DNA of 64,000 nt from Alphaproteobacteria bacterium. GTDB lineage: Bacteria > Pseudomonadota > Alphaproteobacteria > UBA828. Position 1 is the stretch's first letter. Every line of letters begins with the position of its first letter. The stretch lies in NCBI GenBank assembly GCA_965221125.1, contig CBDCRW010000005.1:1-64000 (forward strand), read 5' to 3'. The notes beneath the pieces are model-generated. The model had not been told where the DNA came from, ran no database searches, and was given only the letters and a program-made list of their open reading frames with translations. The position numbers and the translations under genes are program-made. Positions 29,606 through 39,903 of the stretch are shown in pieces.

Positions 29606-30013
29606 GTGGCCGCGCTCGTCACCCACCGTGGCGGCTGCCATTGCGGCGCGGTACGCTTCGCCTGCGAGGCGCCGGCCGAGATCGAGGTGCAGGACTGCAA
29701 CTGCTCGATCTGCCGGAAGAGCGGCTACCGCCATCTGGTGGTGCCGAAGCAGCGTTTCACCCTGCTCGCGGGCGCCGATGCGCTCACCAGCTACCGCTTC
29801 GGCACCGGCGTTGCCGAGCATCTCTTCTGCGCGGTCTGCGGCGTGAAATCGTTCTACTCGCCGCGCTCGGCGCCGGACTGCTACAGCGTCAACGCGCTCT
29901 GCCTCGACCCCGGCACCGTGACGGGCGAGACGGTGATCGCGCTGGACGGGGCTGGCTGGGCGCTCGACGACCCGGGCCCCGTGCCGCCGAGGCAGCCTGA
30001 AGCCGAGAGCTGA
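29606..30013 (+). CDS. GFA/CENP-V family protein
   Basis: GGCHCG, CNCSIC, FCAVCG. Confidence 0.88.
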   Translation: MAALVTHRGGCHCGAVRFACEAPAEIEVQDCNCSICRKSGYRHLVVPKQRFTLLAGADALTSYRFGTGVAEHLFCAVCGVKSFYSPRSAPDCYSVNALCLDPGTVTGETVIALDGAGWALDDPGPVPPRQPEAES

Positions 30014-30076
30014 GCGGCAAGCGGATCGTCGCTAACACGATGTCCCGCCTTACGAGATCGCTGCGGTCCGAGTGTT

Positions 30077-30190
30077 CCCACCTCCCCCTGTCCCCCTCCC
30101 CCCAATGGGCGGAGGGGGGACGCTGACGCCGATGGCGGAGTCTCCCTCTCCTCCCCGCCGGGGAGGAGAGGGCCGGGGTGAGGTGGGGGG
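30077..30190. repeat. Paired BoxC-like palindromes
   Basis: Two head-to-head units; similar in inverted orientation to 41396-41510. Confidence 0.8.
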
Positions 30191-30267
30191 TTGTTTTCTG
30201 GCCGCGCGGCATGTGAAGCCACGACTCTACGGCAACCGCGAACGATTCCACCCTGTCAGGTAGCGCG

Positions 30268-30963
30268 CTAAACCGTCATGTGCCTGCGGACGATGTCGTC
30301 GGTCAGCGCGTCGATCGCGCCGCTGGCGGCGATCTCACCCCGCTCGATGATGCAGAAGTGCTGGGAGGCCGCCCGCGCGAACTTCACGTTCTGCTCGACG
30401 AGCACGATCGTCAGGCCGACCTGCTTGTTGAGCCGCTGAATCGTGTCCTCGATCTGCTCGACGATGTTGGGCTGGATGCCCTCCGTCGGCTCGTCCATCA
30501 GCAGGATGCGGGGCTCGGAGGCCAGCGCGCGGGCGATCGCGAGCTGCTGCTGCTGGCCGCCCGAGAGCAGACCCGCCCTGCGGCCGAGGTTGTCGCGCAG
30601 GTAGGGGAACATGTCCCTGACCAGCTCGGGCACGAGCCGCCTGCCGTCGCCGCGCGCGTAGCAGCCCATCAGGATGTTGTCGCGAATGGAAAAATCGGGA
30701 ATGAGCTCGCGCCCCTGCGGCACGTAGCCGATGCCGGCGCGGGCGCGCAGGTACGTGGGCCTTGCGGTGATGTCCTCGCCATCGAGGGTGATGGTGCCGC
30801 GCGTACGAACCTCCAGCCCGAGGATGCTCTTCAGCAGCGTCGTCTTGCCGACGCCGTTCCGCCCCAGGATGCTGACGATCTCGCCGCCATGGACCGAGAG
30901 GTCTATGTCGCGCAGGACGTGGCTCGCGCCGTAGAAGGAGTTGACCTGCAGCAGCTCAAGCAT
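30268..30963 (-). CDS. urtE: Urea/amide ABC ATPase
   Basis: GRNGVGKT, YVPQGRE, DEPTEGIQPNI. Confidence 0.88.
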   Translation of the reverse strand: MLELLQVNSFYGASHVLRDIDLSVHGGEIVSILGRNGVGKTTLLKSILGLEVRTRGTITLDGEDITARPTYLRARAGIGYVPQGRELIPDFSIRDNILMGCYARGDGRRLVPELVRDMFPYLRDNLGRRAGLLSGGQQQQLAIARALASEPRILLMDEPTEGIQPNIVEQIEDTIQRLNKQVGLTIVLVEQNVKFARAASQHFCIIERGEIAASGAIDALTDDIVRRHMTV

Positions 30964-31711
30964 GGGTGATGCCGCCGCTGCCCAGATAGGCGTCGATCAC
31001 CGCCTGGTCGTTCTCGATCTGCTCGACCGTCCCCTCGGCGAGCTTCTTCCCGAGGTGCATGACGGTAATGACCTCGCAGATGGAGCGCACGAAGGTCATG
31101 TCATGCTCGACGACGATGATGGAGTGCTCGCCCCTCAGGCCGTTGATGATCTCGGAGGTCTTTTCCGTCTCCGAGGCCGTCATGCCCGCCGTCGGCTCAT
31201 CCAGCAGGACGAGCTTCGGGTCCTGCATCAGGACCATGCCGAGCTCCAGCCACTGCGTCTGCCCGTGAGAAAGATTCCCGGCGAGGTTGGCGCTCTCTTC
31301 GCTCAGGCTCGCCAGCTCCAGGGCGCGCTCGATCCGCTGATCCATCCGGCGCGGCTTCGCGCTGACCGTGAGGTTGCGCCACACCGAGAGACTCCGCGTG
31401 TACGCCACCTCGAGGTTCTCGCGGACCGTCAGGTCCTTGAACACGCTCGGCACCTGGAACTTCCGGCCGATCCCCCGGCGCGCGATCTTGTGCTCCTGCC
31501 GGTTGGTGATGTTGTCGCCGAGGAAGGTCACCTTGCCGCCGGTCGACTTGGTGCGGCCGGTGATGAGGTCCATGAGCGTCGTCTTGCCCGCGCCGTTGGC
31601 CCCGATGAGGACCCGCAGCTCGCCTTCCTCGACGGCCATGTCGAAGCCGTCCACCGCGCGGAAGCCGCGGAAGTTCACCTCCAGGTTCTCGATCTCCAGG
31701 ATCGCCGTCAT
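30956..31711 (-). CDS. urtD: Urea/amide ABC ATPase
   Basis: GANGAGKT, GIGRKFQ, LSHGQTQWLE. Confidence 0.9.
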   Translation of the reverse strand: MTAILEIENLEVNFRGFRAVDGFDMAVEEGELRVLIGANGAGKTTLMDLITGRTKSTGGKVTFLGDNITNRQEHKIARRGIGRKFQVPSVFKDLTVRENLEVAYTRSLSVWRNLTVSAKPRRMDQRIERALELASLSEESANLAGNLSHGQTQWLELGMVLMQDPKLVLLDEPTAGMTASETEKTSEIINGLRGEHSIIVVEHDMTFVRSICEVITVMHLGKKLAEGTVEQIENDQAVIDAYLGSGGITHA

Positions 31712-31729
31712 GCCGAGCCTTGCTCCGAC

Positions 31730-32860
31730 CTACCTGACACGGCGCTCGCCGGCCTTCTTGTGGAGCCAGTCCAGCCCCCAGTCGGCGCCTTGCTGGATGA
31801 AGCCCGCGAGCCCGCGCGGCATCACGAGCACGACGAACAGGAAGATCGCGCCGATGATGAGCTGCCACGCCTCCACCAGCGTCTCCGTCTCGCTCACCGT
31901 GGCCTCGACCACGTTCAGCAGGATCGCGCCGAGGCAGGCGCCGAGCAGCGACCAGCGCCCGCCGACGGCCGCCCACACCACCATCGAGATGCTGAAGCCG
32001 ATGTTCATGAAGGTGGGCGAGGCGAACTCCGCTGCGACCACGTAGAGCATGCCCGCGAGGCCTGCGATCGCCGCCGAGACGCAGAAGAAGAACACCTTGT
32101 AGATGGCGACGTCATAGCCGAGGTAGCGCACGCGCTCCTCGTTGTCGCGGATGGCCTGCAGGATCACGCCCACCTTGGTGTTGACCAGCCAGCGGGAGCC
32201 GATCAGCACCAGGCAGGTGATGACCGCGATGAGGTAGTAGGTCTCCACCAGGTAGGGATCGAACTCCAGGCCGCCCACCGTGAACCAGCCGAGATCGGTC
32301 AGCCCATTGAAGCCGTTGATGAGCGGCTGCGCGTCGATCACCAGCAGCCGCACCAGCAGGCAGAGTGCCAGCGTGAGGATCGCGACATAGACGCCCGCGA
32401 TGCGCGCGCGGAACATCGCGTAGCCCAGCACGAGGGCGATAAGGGTGGGCATGACGAGCCCCATGGCCACGCCGAACCACTGCTCCTTGAAGGGAATCCA
32501 CAGGAACGAGCCCTGGTTGATGCAGCAGAGGTCGATGGGCGCGCCGGGCTCCGACGTCCACAGCATGAAGTCGGGAACCGGCTCGTCCGCCGATCCCTGC
32601 TGCAGGCTCGTCGGGCTGGCGAGCTTCAGCGACATCGCCAGCATGTAGGCGCCGAAGCCGAAGAAGAGCCCCTGGCCCAGATTGAGGATGCCCGCGTAGC
32701 CCCACGACATGCTGATGGCGATGCCGAGCATGCCAAACACCAGGTACTTGGAGATCCGGTTGAGCCAGAAGACGTCCATGAAGAACGGCAGAAGCATCAC
32801 GACGACGATGAACAGCCCGTATGCGGCGAGCTGCAGGTTGGTCCGGGTGAGCAGCTGCAT
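31730..32860 (-). CDS. urtC: Urea/amide ABC permease
   Basis: WGYAGILNLGQG, PDFMLW, WAAVGGR. Confidence 0.88.
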   Translation of the reverse strand: MQLLTRTNLQLAAYGLFIVVVMLLPFFMDVFWLNRISKYLVFGMLGIAISMSWGYAGILNLGQGLFFGFGAYMLAMSLKLASPTSLQQGSADEPVPDFMLWTSEPGAPIDLCCINQGSFLWIPFKEQWFGVAMGLVMPTLIALVLGYAMFRARIAGVYVAILTLALCLLVRLLVIDAQPLINGFNGLTDLGWFTVGGLEFDPYLVETYYLIAVITCLVLIGSRWLVNTKVGVILQAIRDNEERVRYLGYDVAIYKVFFFCVSAAIAGLAGMLYVVAAEFASPTFMNIGFSISMVVWAAVGGRWSLLGACLGAILLNVVEATVSETETLVEAWQLIIGAIFLFVVLVMPRGLAGFIQQGADWGLDWLHKKAGERRVR

Positions 32861-32862
32861 CG

Positions 32863-33756
32863 TCAGCGGCCCCGGCGGGAGAACAGGCCCTGGGGCCGCA
32901 GGATGATGACGACGATGATGACGCCGAACACGATCGCCCGCGCCAGCACGTCATTCAGCAGGCTCGCGACCCAGCCCTGCACCTCGCCCAGGATCACGGC
33001 CGAGCCGAGGGTGCCGAAGAGGCTGCCGACGCCGCCCATGACGACGACCAGGAAGCCGTCGATCACGAACGGGGTCCCCATGGTGGGCGAGACCGTCTTG
33101 AAGCCGGCCAGCATCACGCCGGCGGCGCCGGCCAGCCCGGAGCCGTAGGCGAAGGTCCACGCGTTGATCTTCTTGTCGTCGATGCCGCAGCAGGACGCGA
33201 TGCCGCGATTGCGCGAGACCGCGCGCAGCTGCATGCCGAAGGAGGTATGGAAGATCAGCCACCAGGTCAGGATGAACAGCCCGATGGTGAGCACGATGAT
33301 GAAGGTGCGGTAGGGCTGCACCACGAAGTCGCCGACCAGGAAGGTCTCGCGGAAGAACGAGGGAACCGGGACGTTCTGCAGGCCGGGGCCGAGCCCGTCG
33401 ATGTGGAGCCCAGCGAACGCGGCGCCGAACTCGAGCCGGATGGCCTGCTGGATGATGATCGCGAGACCCCACGTCGCGAGCAGGGTATCCAGCAGGCGGC
33501 CGTACAATCGTCGCACGATGAAGCGCTCGATGGCGTAGCCGAACGCGCCGGTGACGACGAAGGCGACGGGAATGGTGGCGAGAAAATGCAGGCCGAAATG
33601 GGTCTGGCAGAGAACGGTGACATAGGCGCCGATCATGACGAGCTCGCCATGCGCCATGTTTATGACACCCATGGTGCCGTAGGTGATGGCGAGGCCGAGG
33701 GCGACCAGCAGCAGAATGGACGAAAGACTCAGTCCAATGAAAATTACGTCGGCCAT
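32863..33756 (-). CDS. urtB: Urea/amide ABC permease
   Basis: GVINMAHGE, LDTLLATWG. Confidence 0.88.
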   Translation of the reverse strand: MADVIFIGLSLSSILLLVALGLAITYGTMGVINMAHGELVMIGAYVTVLCQTHFGLHFLATIPVAFVVTGAFGYAIERFIVRRLYGRLLDTLLATWGLAIIIQQAIRLEFGAAFAGLHIDGLGPGLQNVPVPSFFRETFLVGDFVVQPYRTFIIVLTIGLFILTWWLIFHTSFGMQLRAVSRNRGIASCCGIDDKKINAWTFAYGSGLAGAAGVMLAGFKTVSPTMGTPFVIDGFLVVVMGGVGSLFGTLGSAVILGEVQGWVASLLNDVLARAIVFGVIIVVIILRPQGLFSRRGR

Positions 33757-33807
33757 TCCATGTGAGCCGTTGTGAGCCGTTCAGGTTCCGACGATGCGTG
33801 ACTCCAG

Positions 33808-33852
33808 GCTGACGGGGGCCGGCGCCGAAACGCCGGCTCCCTAGCCGTCAGC
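33808..33852. terminator. Long stem-loop between urtA and urtB
   Basis: GCTGACGG-GGGCCGGCG...CGCCGGCTCC...CCGTCAGC; no U-tract, so possibly mRNA-stabilising. Confidence 0.5.
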
Positions 33853-33854
33853 GG

Positions 33855-35129
33855 CTACGTCTTGAGCTTGCTGGAATCCAGGCCCGCCTGCGTGCAGAAC
33901 AGATTGTCGGGCGCTTCGCCGTAGGCCGAGTACGGCAGCGGCATCAGCGGCTCCGCGTACTCGTCGACGATCTCGGCCTGGCCGTCGGAGCCCCACACGC
34001 CGATGCGCGGCGTCAGCCAGCAGTGCAGGTTCTCGGGCTCGATCCGCACGCGCCCTTCCGGCGCATCTACCTCTTGCCCCTTGGAGGCTTCGCGGACCGA
34101 GAGAGGATCGACCTCGCCCGCCGTCTCCACCGACTGCGCCCACAGGAACACCTGGAAGTAGGCGCATTCCATGGCGTGGTAGGTGACGGTATCGCCGCCC
34201 ATCGTGCTCTTCACGTCTTCCACGAACTTCTCGTTCGCCGCGTTGCTCACCGACTGGAAATAGGGGAACGACGTGACGCTGCCGGCGGCGTAATCCGCCC
34301 CCATCGCCTGCACCTCGATCTCCGAGCAGACGGTGGCGAAGATCGGGAACTTGTCGTAGCTCAGCCCCTGGTTGATGAACTCGCGGCGGAAGGCGACGAT
34401 CGAATCGCCCACGACGTTGGAGTAGACGCAGTCGCACTCGCCGTTCTCCCACATGGTCTTCATCTTGTTGACCATGGAGCCCCACTCGGTGTGGCCGAGC
34501 TCGAGGTACTCGTCGGCGACCCAGGAGCCGCCTTCCCTCTCGACCAGGATCTTGCAGACCTTGGCCATCTCGCGCGGGTAGATGTAGTTGGAGCCGACGA
34601 TGAAGAACTTGTTGTAGCCCTGCTTGGTGATCCAGGGCACGAAGTTCTCCTGCTGCTGGTTGGGCACGGCGCCCGTGTAGATCACGTTCTTCGAGCACTC
34701 GAAGCCTTCGTAGAAGGTCGGATACCAGTAGAGATTCTTGCGCTTCTCGAACACCGGCAGCGCTGCCTTGCGGCTCGCGGACGTGTACGAGCCGAAGACC
34801 GACGGCACCCGGTCGCGCACGACGAGCTTGTTGGCCTTCTCGTTGAAGGTGCGCGGATCGGAAGCCGGATCCTCGATGATCGGCACCACCTTCTTGCCGA
34901 GCACGCCACCGTTCGCGTTGATCTGGTCGATGGCCATCTCGGTAACCTTGCTCAACTGCTTCTCGACGATGGCCGTCGTACCCGTCAGCGAATAGAGGAC
35001 GCCGACCTCGATCTCGTCGTCGTCGGCCCAGGCGAACTGGTAGTCCTTGACCCAGACATGCGGGAACGTCGTCAGCCCGGCGGCACCGAGCGCGATACCG
35101 GATTTCTTCAAGAAGTCACGACGTCTCAT
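33855..35129 (-). CDS. urtA: Urea/amide ABC substrate-binding protein with Tat signal
   Basis: RRRDFLK, EDPASD, YTSASRK, YEGFECS, GAVPNQQ. Confidence 0.88.
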   Translation of the reverse strand: MRRRDFLKKSGIALGAAGLTTFPHVWVKDYQFAWADDDEIEVGVLYSLTGTTAIVEKQLSKVTEMAIDQINANGGVLGKKVVPIIEDPASDPRTFNEKANKLVVRDRVPSVFGSYTSASRKAALPVFEKRKNLYWYPTFYEGFECSKNVIYTGAVPNQQQENFVPWITKQGYNKFFIVGSNYIYPREMAKVCKILVEREGGSWVADEYLELGHTEWGSMVNKMKTMWENGECDCVYSNVVGDSIVAFRREFINQGLSYDKFPIFATVCSEIEVQAMGADYAAGSVTSFPYFQSVSNAANEKFVEDVKSTMGGDTVTYHAMECAYFQVFLWAQSVETAGEVDPLSVREASKGQEVDAPEGRVRIEPENLHCWLTPRIGVWGSDGQAEIVDEYAEPLMPLPYSAYGEAPDNLFCTQAGLDSSKLKT

Positions 35130-35463
35130 AGCTCACTCCTCCCTGTTCCTTGTGCAAGCACAAAGGGCGATCTGCGGTTGTCGCTTGTGTGATTTACGGC
35201 TGGCAGTTGGCCGGTATTCGGGCCGGCCGAAAGGGCGGGATGGACAAGCAGACTCGAACGGAAACCGTCCACCTCATTCTCCCTGGCGGTCTGCACCGAC
35301 CTGCCGCTTTCGCCCTCGATCCCGAGCCGGGATACGGGGCGTCTTGTGGCCTGCCGCCTGGACGCGTCGGAAGTATGGTATGGGTGCCCCTACCCACCGT
35401 CAAGGAGCGCAGCCCGGCGCGTAGCGGGCTGTGGCGGCTGGTCCGAACCTTGAGAGTACGGCC

Positions 35464-36411
35464 TTACGCGCGGCCGCGCCGCGCCTCGATCGCGTCCCAG
35501 ACCAGGGCTTCGAGGCAGGTGCCGTCGAGCCGGTCGATCTCCTGGATGCCGGTGGGCGAGGTGACGTTGATCTCGGTGAGATAGCCGCCGATCACGTCGA
35601 TGCCGGTGAAGATCAGGCCGCGTTCTCGGAGCGCGGGCCCGATGGCATCGCAGATCTCGCGGTCGCGCGCGCTCAGCGCCGATTTGTCCGGCCGGGCGCC
35701 CACGTGCATGTTGGCACGCGCCTCGCCGGCGGCCGGCACGCGGTTCACCGCGCCGACCGGCTCGCCCTCCACCAAGATGATGCGCTTGTCACCGGCGCGC
35801 ACCGCCGGCAGATAGGCCTGGGCGATGATCGGCTCGCGCGATGAGGCGGCGAACATCTCCAGCAGCGCGTTGAGGTTCTCGTCTCCGGGCCCGACGTGGA
35901 ACACGCCCGCGCCGCCGTTGCCGAAGAGGGGTTTCAGGATGATGTCGCCGTGCTCTGCGCGGAAGTCGACGATCATGTCGCGCTCGGCGGTGATCAGCGT
36001 CGGCGGCATCAGCTCCGGAAACCGGGTGACGAAGAGTTTTTCTGGCGCGTTGCGCACATGGACGGGGTCGTTGACCACGAGCGTCGCGGGGTGGATGTGC
36101 TCCAGGATGTGGGTGGCCGTGATGTAGGCCATGTCGAAGGGCGGGTCCTGGCGCATCAGGACGACGTCCATGGCGGCGAGGTCGACAGTCTGCGGAGCCC
36201 CGAGGGTGAAGTGATCGCCGGCCTTGCGCCGCACCTCCAGCGGCCGCACGGTGGCCACCGGGCCGGCCGCCGCCAGCGAGAGCCGCTCTGGCAGATAATG
36301 GTGCAGCCGATGGCCCCTGGCCTGCGCCTCCAGCGCGAGCACGAAGGTGCTGTCGGCCTCGATGTCGATGGCGTCGATCGGGTCCATCTGGATAGCCACG
36401 GCGAGGCTCAT
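35464..36411 (-). CDS. gshB: Glutathione synthetase
   Basis: [23 protein letters not shown]. Confidence 0.96.
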   Translation of the reverse strand: MSLAVAIQMDPIDAIDIEADSTFVLALEAQARGHRLHHYLPERLSLAAAGPVATVRPLEVRRKAGDHFTLGAPQTVDLAAMDVVLMRQDPPFDMAYITATHILEHIHPATLVVNDPVHVRNAPEKLFVTRFPELMPPTLITAERDMIVDFRAEHGDIILKPLFGNGGAGVFHVGPGDENLNALLEMFAASSREPIIAQAYLPAVRAGDKRIILVEGEPVGAVNRVPAAGEARANMHVGARPDKSALSARDREICDAIGPALRERGLIFTGIDVIGGYLTEINVTSPTGIQEIDRLDGTCLEALVWDAIEARRGRA

Positions 36412-36437
36412 GTCACGGACCCTTCACGCGCCAGCGC

Positions 36438-37265
36438 TCAATGCAGCTTGGTGGTGAGCGACGCGAGCGCGGCCTCGACCCGCGGGCGCGCGGAGTCGGG
36501 CAGCGGGCAGGCCAGGCTTTTCTCCAGCGCCTCGACCGCGCCCTTGATGGTGCCGAGCCGCGCGCGCACCGCGCCTAGCTCGTGCCAGAGGCCGCCGGCG
36601 TCGGGCGCGATCAGCAGCATGCGCTCCAGGATCGCCGCGGCGCGGGCGCTGTCGCTCGCCTGCAGCGCGCGCGACTTGATGTTGTTCTGGAGCCTGAGGA
36701 GGATCGAGCGGTTGCCGACCGGCGCGTAGTGGCCGGGCTCCAGCTCCGCATCGACGCCCTGGAATTGCTTGAGCAGGCCCCGCAGGTGGCCCGCTTCCAG
36801 CATCTGCCCCCGGTGGAAGGGATCGACGATCACGCGGCGATCGCCTTCCTCCAGGCGCACCAGGAAGTGGCCGGGGAAGGCCAGCCCGTCCACCGCCCAG
36901 CCCTGCGCGCGGGCGGCGTGGATGTAGAGGATGCCGAGGCTGACCGGCAGGCCCGCCCTGCGGTCGATGACCTGCAGCAGGTTCGCGTTCTCGGGTGCGT
37001 CGTAGCTCTCCGCATCGCCGGCATAGCCGTGCGCGTCGAAGAGGACGGCGTTCACGTGACGGCGGCGGCGCTCCAGCGGCTCGCCTGCGCGCGCCAGCGC
37101 CGCCACGTCCTCGCCGAGCCGCTCCACGTGATCGCGGTAGCCTGCGAGGGAAGCGTTCGGCGTGTCGAGCGCGCCGAGCAGCAGCGCCGCATCGGCCAGG
37201 TCGATCTCGTCGTCCGCGAGGCTGCCGACAGCGCGGAGCGCACGCTCGATCGTCTCACTGGGCAT
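36438..37265 (-). CDS. SirB1/transglutaminase-like protein with TPR
   Basis: RAGLPVSLGILY, FPGHFLVR, VDPF. Confidence 0.85.
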   Translation of the reverse strand: MPSETIERALRAVGSLADDEIDLADAALLLGALDTPNASLAGYRDHVERLGEDVAALARAGEPLERRRRHVNAVLFDAHGYAGDAESYDAPENANLLQVIDRRAGLPVSLGILYIHAARAQGWAVDGLAFPGHFLVRLEEGDRRVIVDPFHRGQMLEAGHLRGLLKQFQGVDAELEPGHYAPVGNRSILLRLQNNIKSRALQASDSARAAAILERMLLIAPDAGGLWHELGAVRARLGTIKGAVEALEKSLACPLPDSARPRVEAALASLTTKLH

Positions 37266-37956
37266 TGAGGGTGTGCCGGGCGGCGGGGGGCGGCGGCGCC
37301 GGCCGGCGCGGGTCGTCCTTCATCATCACGTGGCTCACGACCTGCTTCACGCCGTCGACGCTGCGGGCGTGCGCCCTCACCTTCTCCAGCTCTTCCTCGT
37401 CCTGCGCGATCCCCAGGATATAGACCGTGCCGTTGACGGTCTCGATGTCGTAGTTGACCGACAGGACATCGAGATCGAAGAGCAGCCTGGCGTCGAGCCT
37501 CAGCGAAATCCACCTGTCCCGCGCGTAGTCGAGAATCCCGCCCTCCGCGGTCACCTGCATCTCGTTGATGACCTCGCGAATGCCGGTGGCTTGGCGCGCG
37601 ATCCAGCTCGCGCGCTCCCGGTCCTCCTGGGTGGGCACGCTGCCCTTGAGCAGGACGCGGCCCTCGACCACGCTTATCGACACGTCGTTGTAAAGGTCGA
37701 CGTCGTCCTGGAAGAAGAGGTGGTTGAGCTCCGCCTGGATCGACAGGTCCTCGAACGCGTCGCCGACCGTGCGCTCCTCGGCTATCGCGAGGCTTGTCGT
37801 GGCGGCGGCGCCGACGACGAACTCCGCACAGCCGGTGAAGGACAGGGGCGCGGCGAGCACCAGGGCGAGGGCGGCCGCCCACGGCGCGCGGCGCCGGAGG
37901 CAGGGGCGGTGTCCGCCCGGTGGGCATATGCGTTCGATCGCCGCAGCCGCGATCAA
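37255..37956 (-). CDS. Dual-BON lipoprotein, copy 2
   Basis: FTGC lipobox, EGRVLLKGSV, NGTVYILG; start uncertain. Confidence 0.85.
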   Translation of the reverse strand: MIAAAAIERICPPGGHRPCLRRRAPWAAALALVLAAPLSFTGCAEFVVGAAATTSLAIAEERTVGDAFEDLSIQAELNHLFFQDDVDLYNDVSISVVEGRVLLKGSVPTQEDRERASWIARQATGIREVINEMQVTAEGGILDYARDRWISLRLDARLLFDLDVLSVNYDIETVNGTVYILGIAQDEEELEKVRAHARSVDGVKQVVSHVMMKDDPRRPAPPPPAARHTLNAQ

Positions 37957-38552
37957 GGCGTCACCGGGCGGCGCGGGTCGTCCTTCACCACGACGTGGCT
38001 CACGACCTGCTTCACATCCTCGATGCCGCGGGCGTGCTCGATCACCCGCACGAGCTCCGCCTCGTCCTGCGCGATGCCCAGGAGGTAGACCGTGCCGTTG
38101 ACGGTCTCGACGCTGTAGTTGACGGAGAGGACGTCGCCGTCAATGAGGAGCCGGCCCTTGAGCTGCGCCGAGATCCAGCTGTCCCGCGCGTAGTCCAGGA
38201 GTCCGCCCTCGTCGGTCACCTGAAGCTCGTTGATGACCTCGCGCACGCCGGCGGCCTGCCACGCGAGCCTGAGCGCCTCGACGCGGTCTTCGGGCGTGGG
38301 CACGCTTCCCTTGATCAGGACGCGGCCCTCGAACACGCTGAAGGACACGTTCTGGTAGAGGTCTATGTCCTTCTGGAAGAAGAGGTGGTTGAGCTCGGCG
38401 CGAATGGTCAGGTCGTCGACCGCAGCGCCGACGGATCGTTCCTCGGCGATGGCGATGCCGGTCGTCGCGGCAGTGCCGACGATGATCTCGGCGCATCCGG
38501 AGAGCGCGAGAGAGCCGGCCGCCAGGGCCAGGAGCGCAGCAATTGCCCCCAT
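37953..38552 (-). CDS. Dual-BON lipoprotein, copy 1
   Basis: LSGC lipobox, EGRVLIKGSV, NGTVYLLG. Confidence 0.85.
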   Translation of the reverse strand: MGAIAALLALAAGSLALSGCAEIIVGTAATTGIAIAEERSVGAAVDDLTIRAELNHLFFQKDIDLYQNVSFSVFEGRVLIKGSVPTPEDRVEALRLAWQAAGVREVINELQVTDEGGLLDYARDSWISAQLKGRLLIDGDVLSVNYSVETVNGTVYLLGIAQDEAELVRVIEHARGIEDVKQVVSHVVVKDDPRRPVTP

Positions 38553-38581
38553 CCGCCGGCTCGGGCGCCGAACCGATCGCG

Positions 38582-38974
38582 TCAGATCACGGCCCCGCTT
38601 CGCTCGGGGCGCCACGCATCCGGCAAGTGGCACGGCCATCGCCAGGGGGTCACCACCATCAAATCGAATCGGAACGAAAGCTTGCGCCAATTCGGGTGGC
38701 GCGACAAGAAAACGGTGGCCGCATTCTCGATACGCCGGCGCTGATGGGCGGAAATCGCCTCGAGAACGCCTCGGCGGTCGTTGCGATGCTTCACTTCGAT
38801 GAAGGCGATCAGCCCGCCGCGCTTCGCCACGATGTCGATCTCGCCGGCCGGCGTTGCATAGCGCCGCGCCAGGATGCGCCAGCCGGCGAGCCGGAGCCGC
38901 AGCGTACACAGACGCTCCGCCGCCTTGCCCCGCTCATGGGCGGCACGCCGCGCGGTCAGGGATCGCCCGCGCAT
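38582..38974 (-). CDS. yraN: YraN (UPF0102) family protein
   Basis: GKAAE, GEIDIVA, FIEVK, RFD; start uncertain. Confidence 0.88.
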   Translation of the reverse strand: MRGRSLTARRAAHERGKAAERLCTLRLRLAGWRILARRYATPAGEIDIVAKRGGLIAFIEVKHRNDRRGVLEAISAHQRRRIENAATVFLSRHPNWRKLSFRFDLMVVTPWRWPCHLPDAWRPERSGAVI

Positions 38975-39903
38975 CCCTTCCGCGCCCCTGAGCGGGAGAG
39001 AGCGAGCGCGCGGGCATAGAGCTCGCGGCGGGGCCGTCCGGTCTCCGCGCTGAGCGCCGCCGCCGCATCGCGCACGGAGCCAGTCGCGAGCAGGCTGCCG
39101 AGCCGGTCGTCGATCTCCGCGTCGGAGAGCGCGGGCCGCGCCGCGTCCCCCTGGCCCCCCACGACGACGACGACTTCGCCCTTGGGCGGGCCGGCCTCGC
39201 CGTAGTGGGCCGCCAGCCGGTCGAGCGGTCCGCGCCGCATCTCCTCGTGCAGCTTGGTCAGCTCGCGCGCCACCGCAGCCCGGCGCGGGCCCAGCGCTTC
39301 CGCCATGTCCGCCAGCGATGCGGCCAGCCGGCGGGGCGATTCGAAGAAGACCAGCGTGGCATCGAGCGATCTAAGCGCGGTGAGCGCCTCCTGCCGCGCC
39401 TTGGCGCGGGCCGGGAGGAAGCCGCCGAAGTAGAAGCGATCGGTCGGCAGGCCGGAGAGGACGAGAGCCAGCAACAGCGCGCTCGGGCCGGGGCAGCCGC
39501 TCACGTGAACGCCGGCATCGAGCGCGGCACGGACCAGCTTGTAGCCGGGGTCGGAGATCAGCGGCGTGCCCGCGTCGGCGACCAGCGCCACCGCGCCGCC
39601 TTCCGCCAGCATGCGGATCAGCGTCGGGCGGACCCGCGCGGCATTGTGCTCGTGGTAGGAGACGAGGCGGGCCGCGATGCCGTGGCGCGCGAGGAGGCGC
39701 CCAGTGCGGCGGGTATCCTCGCAGGCGATGCGGTCGACCGACGCGAGCACCGAAAGCGCCCGCCGCGAAATGTCCTCCAGGTTGCCGATGGGCGTCGCCA
39801 CCAGCCAGAGGCCCGCTTCGGCGCCCGGCTGCGGTTTACTCGCGGGCGCGTCGTCCCTACTCTGTCCCGCGCCTGCCGGCGTCGCAGGAGCTTCCTCGGG
39901 CAT
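38956..39903 (-). CDS. rsmI: 16S rRNA C1402 2'-O-methyltransferase
   Basis: VATPIGNLEDIS, CEDTR, DAGTPLISDPG, RELTKLHEE. Confidence 0.95.
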   Translation of the reverse strand: MPEEAPATPAGAGQSRDDAPASKPQPGAEAGLWLVATPIGNLEDISRRALSVLASVDRIACEDTRRTGRLLARHGIAARLVSYHEHNAARVRPTLIRMLAEGGAVALVADAGTPLISDPGYKLVRAALDAGVHVSGCPGPSALLLALVLSGLPTDRFYFGGFLPARAKARQEALTALRSLDATLVFFESPRRLAASLADMAEALGPRRAAVARELTKLHEEMRRGPLDRLAAHYGEAGPPKGEVVVVVGGQGDAARPALSDAEIDDRLGSLLATGSVRDAAAALSAETGRPRRELYARALALSRSGARKGCAGDP

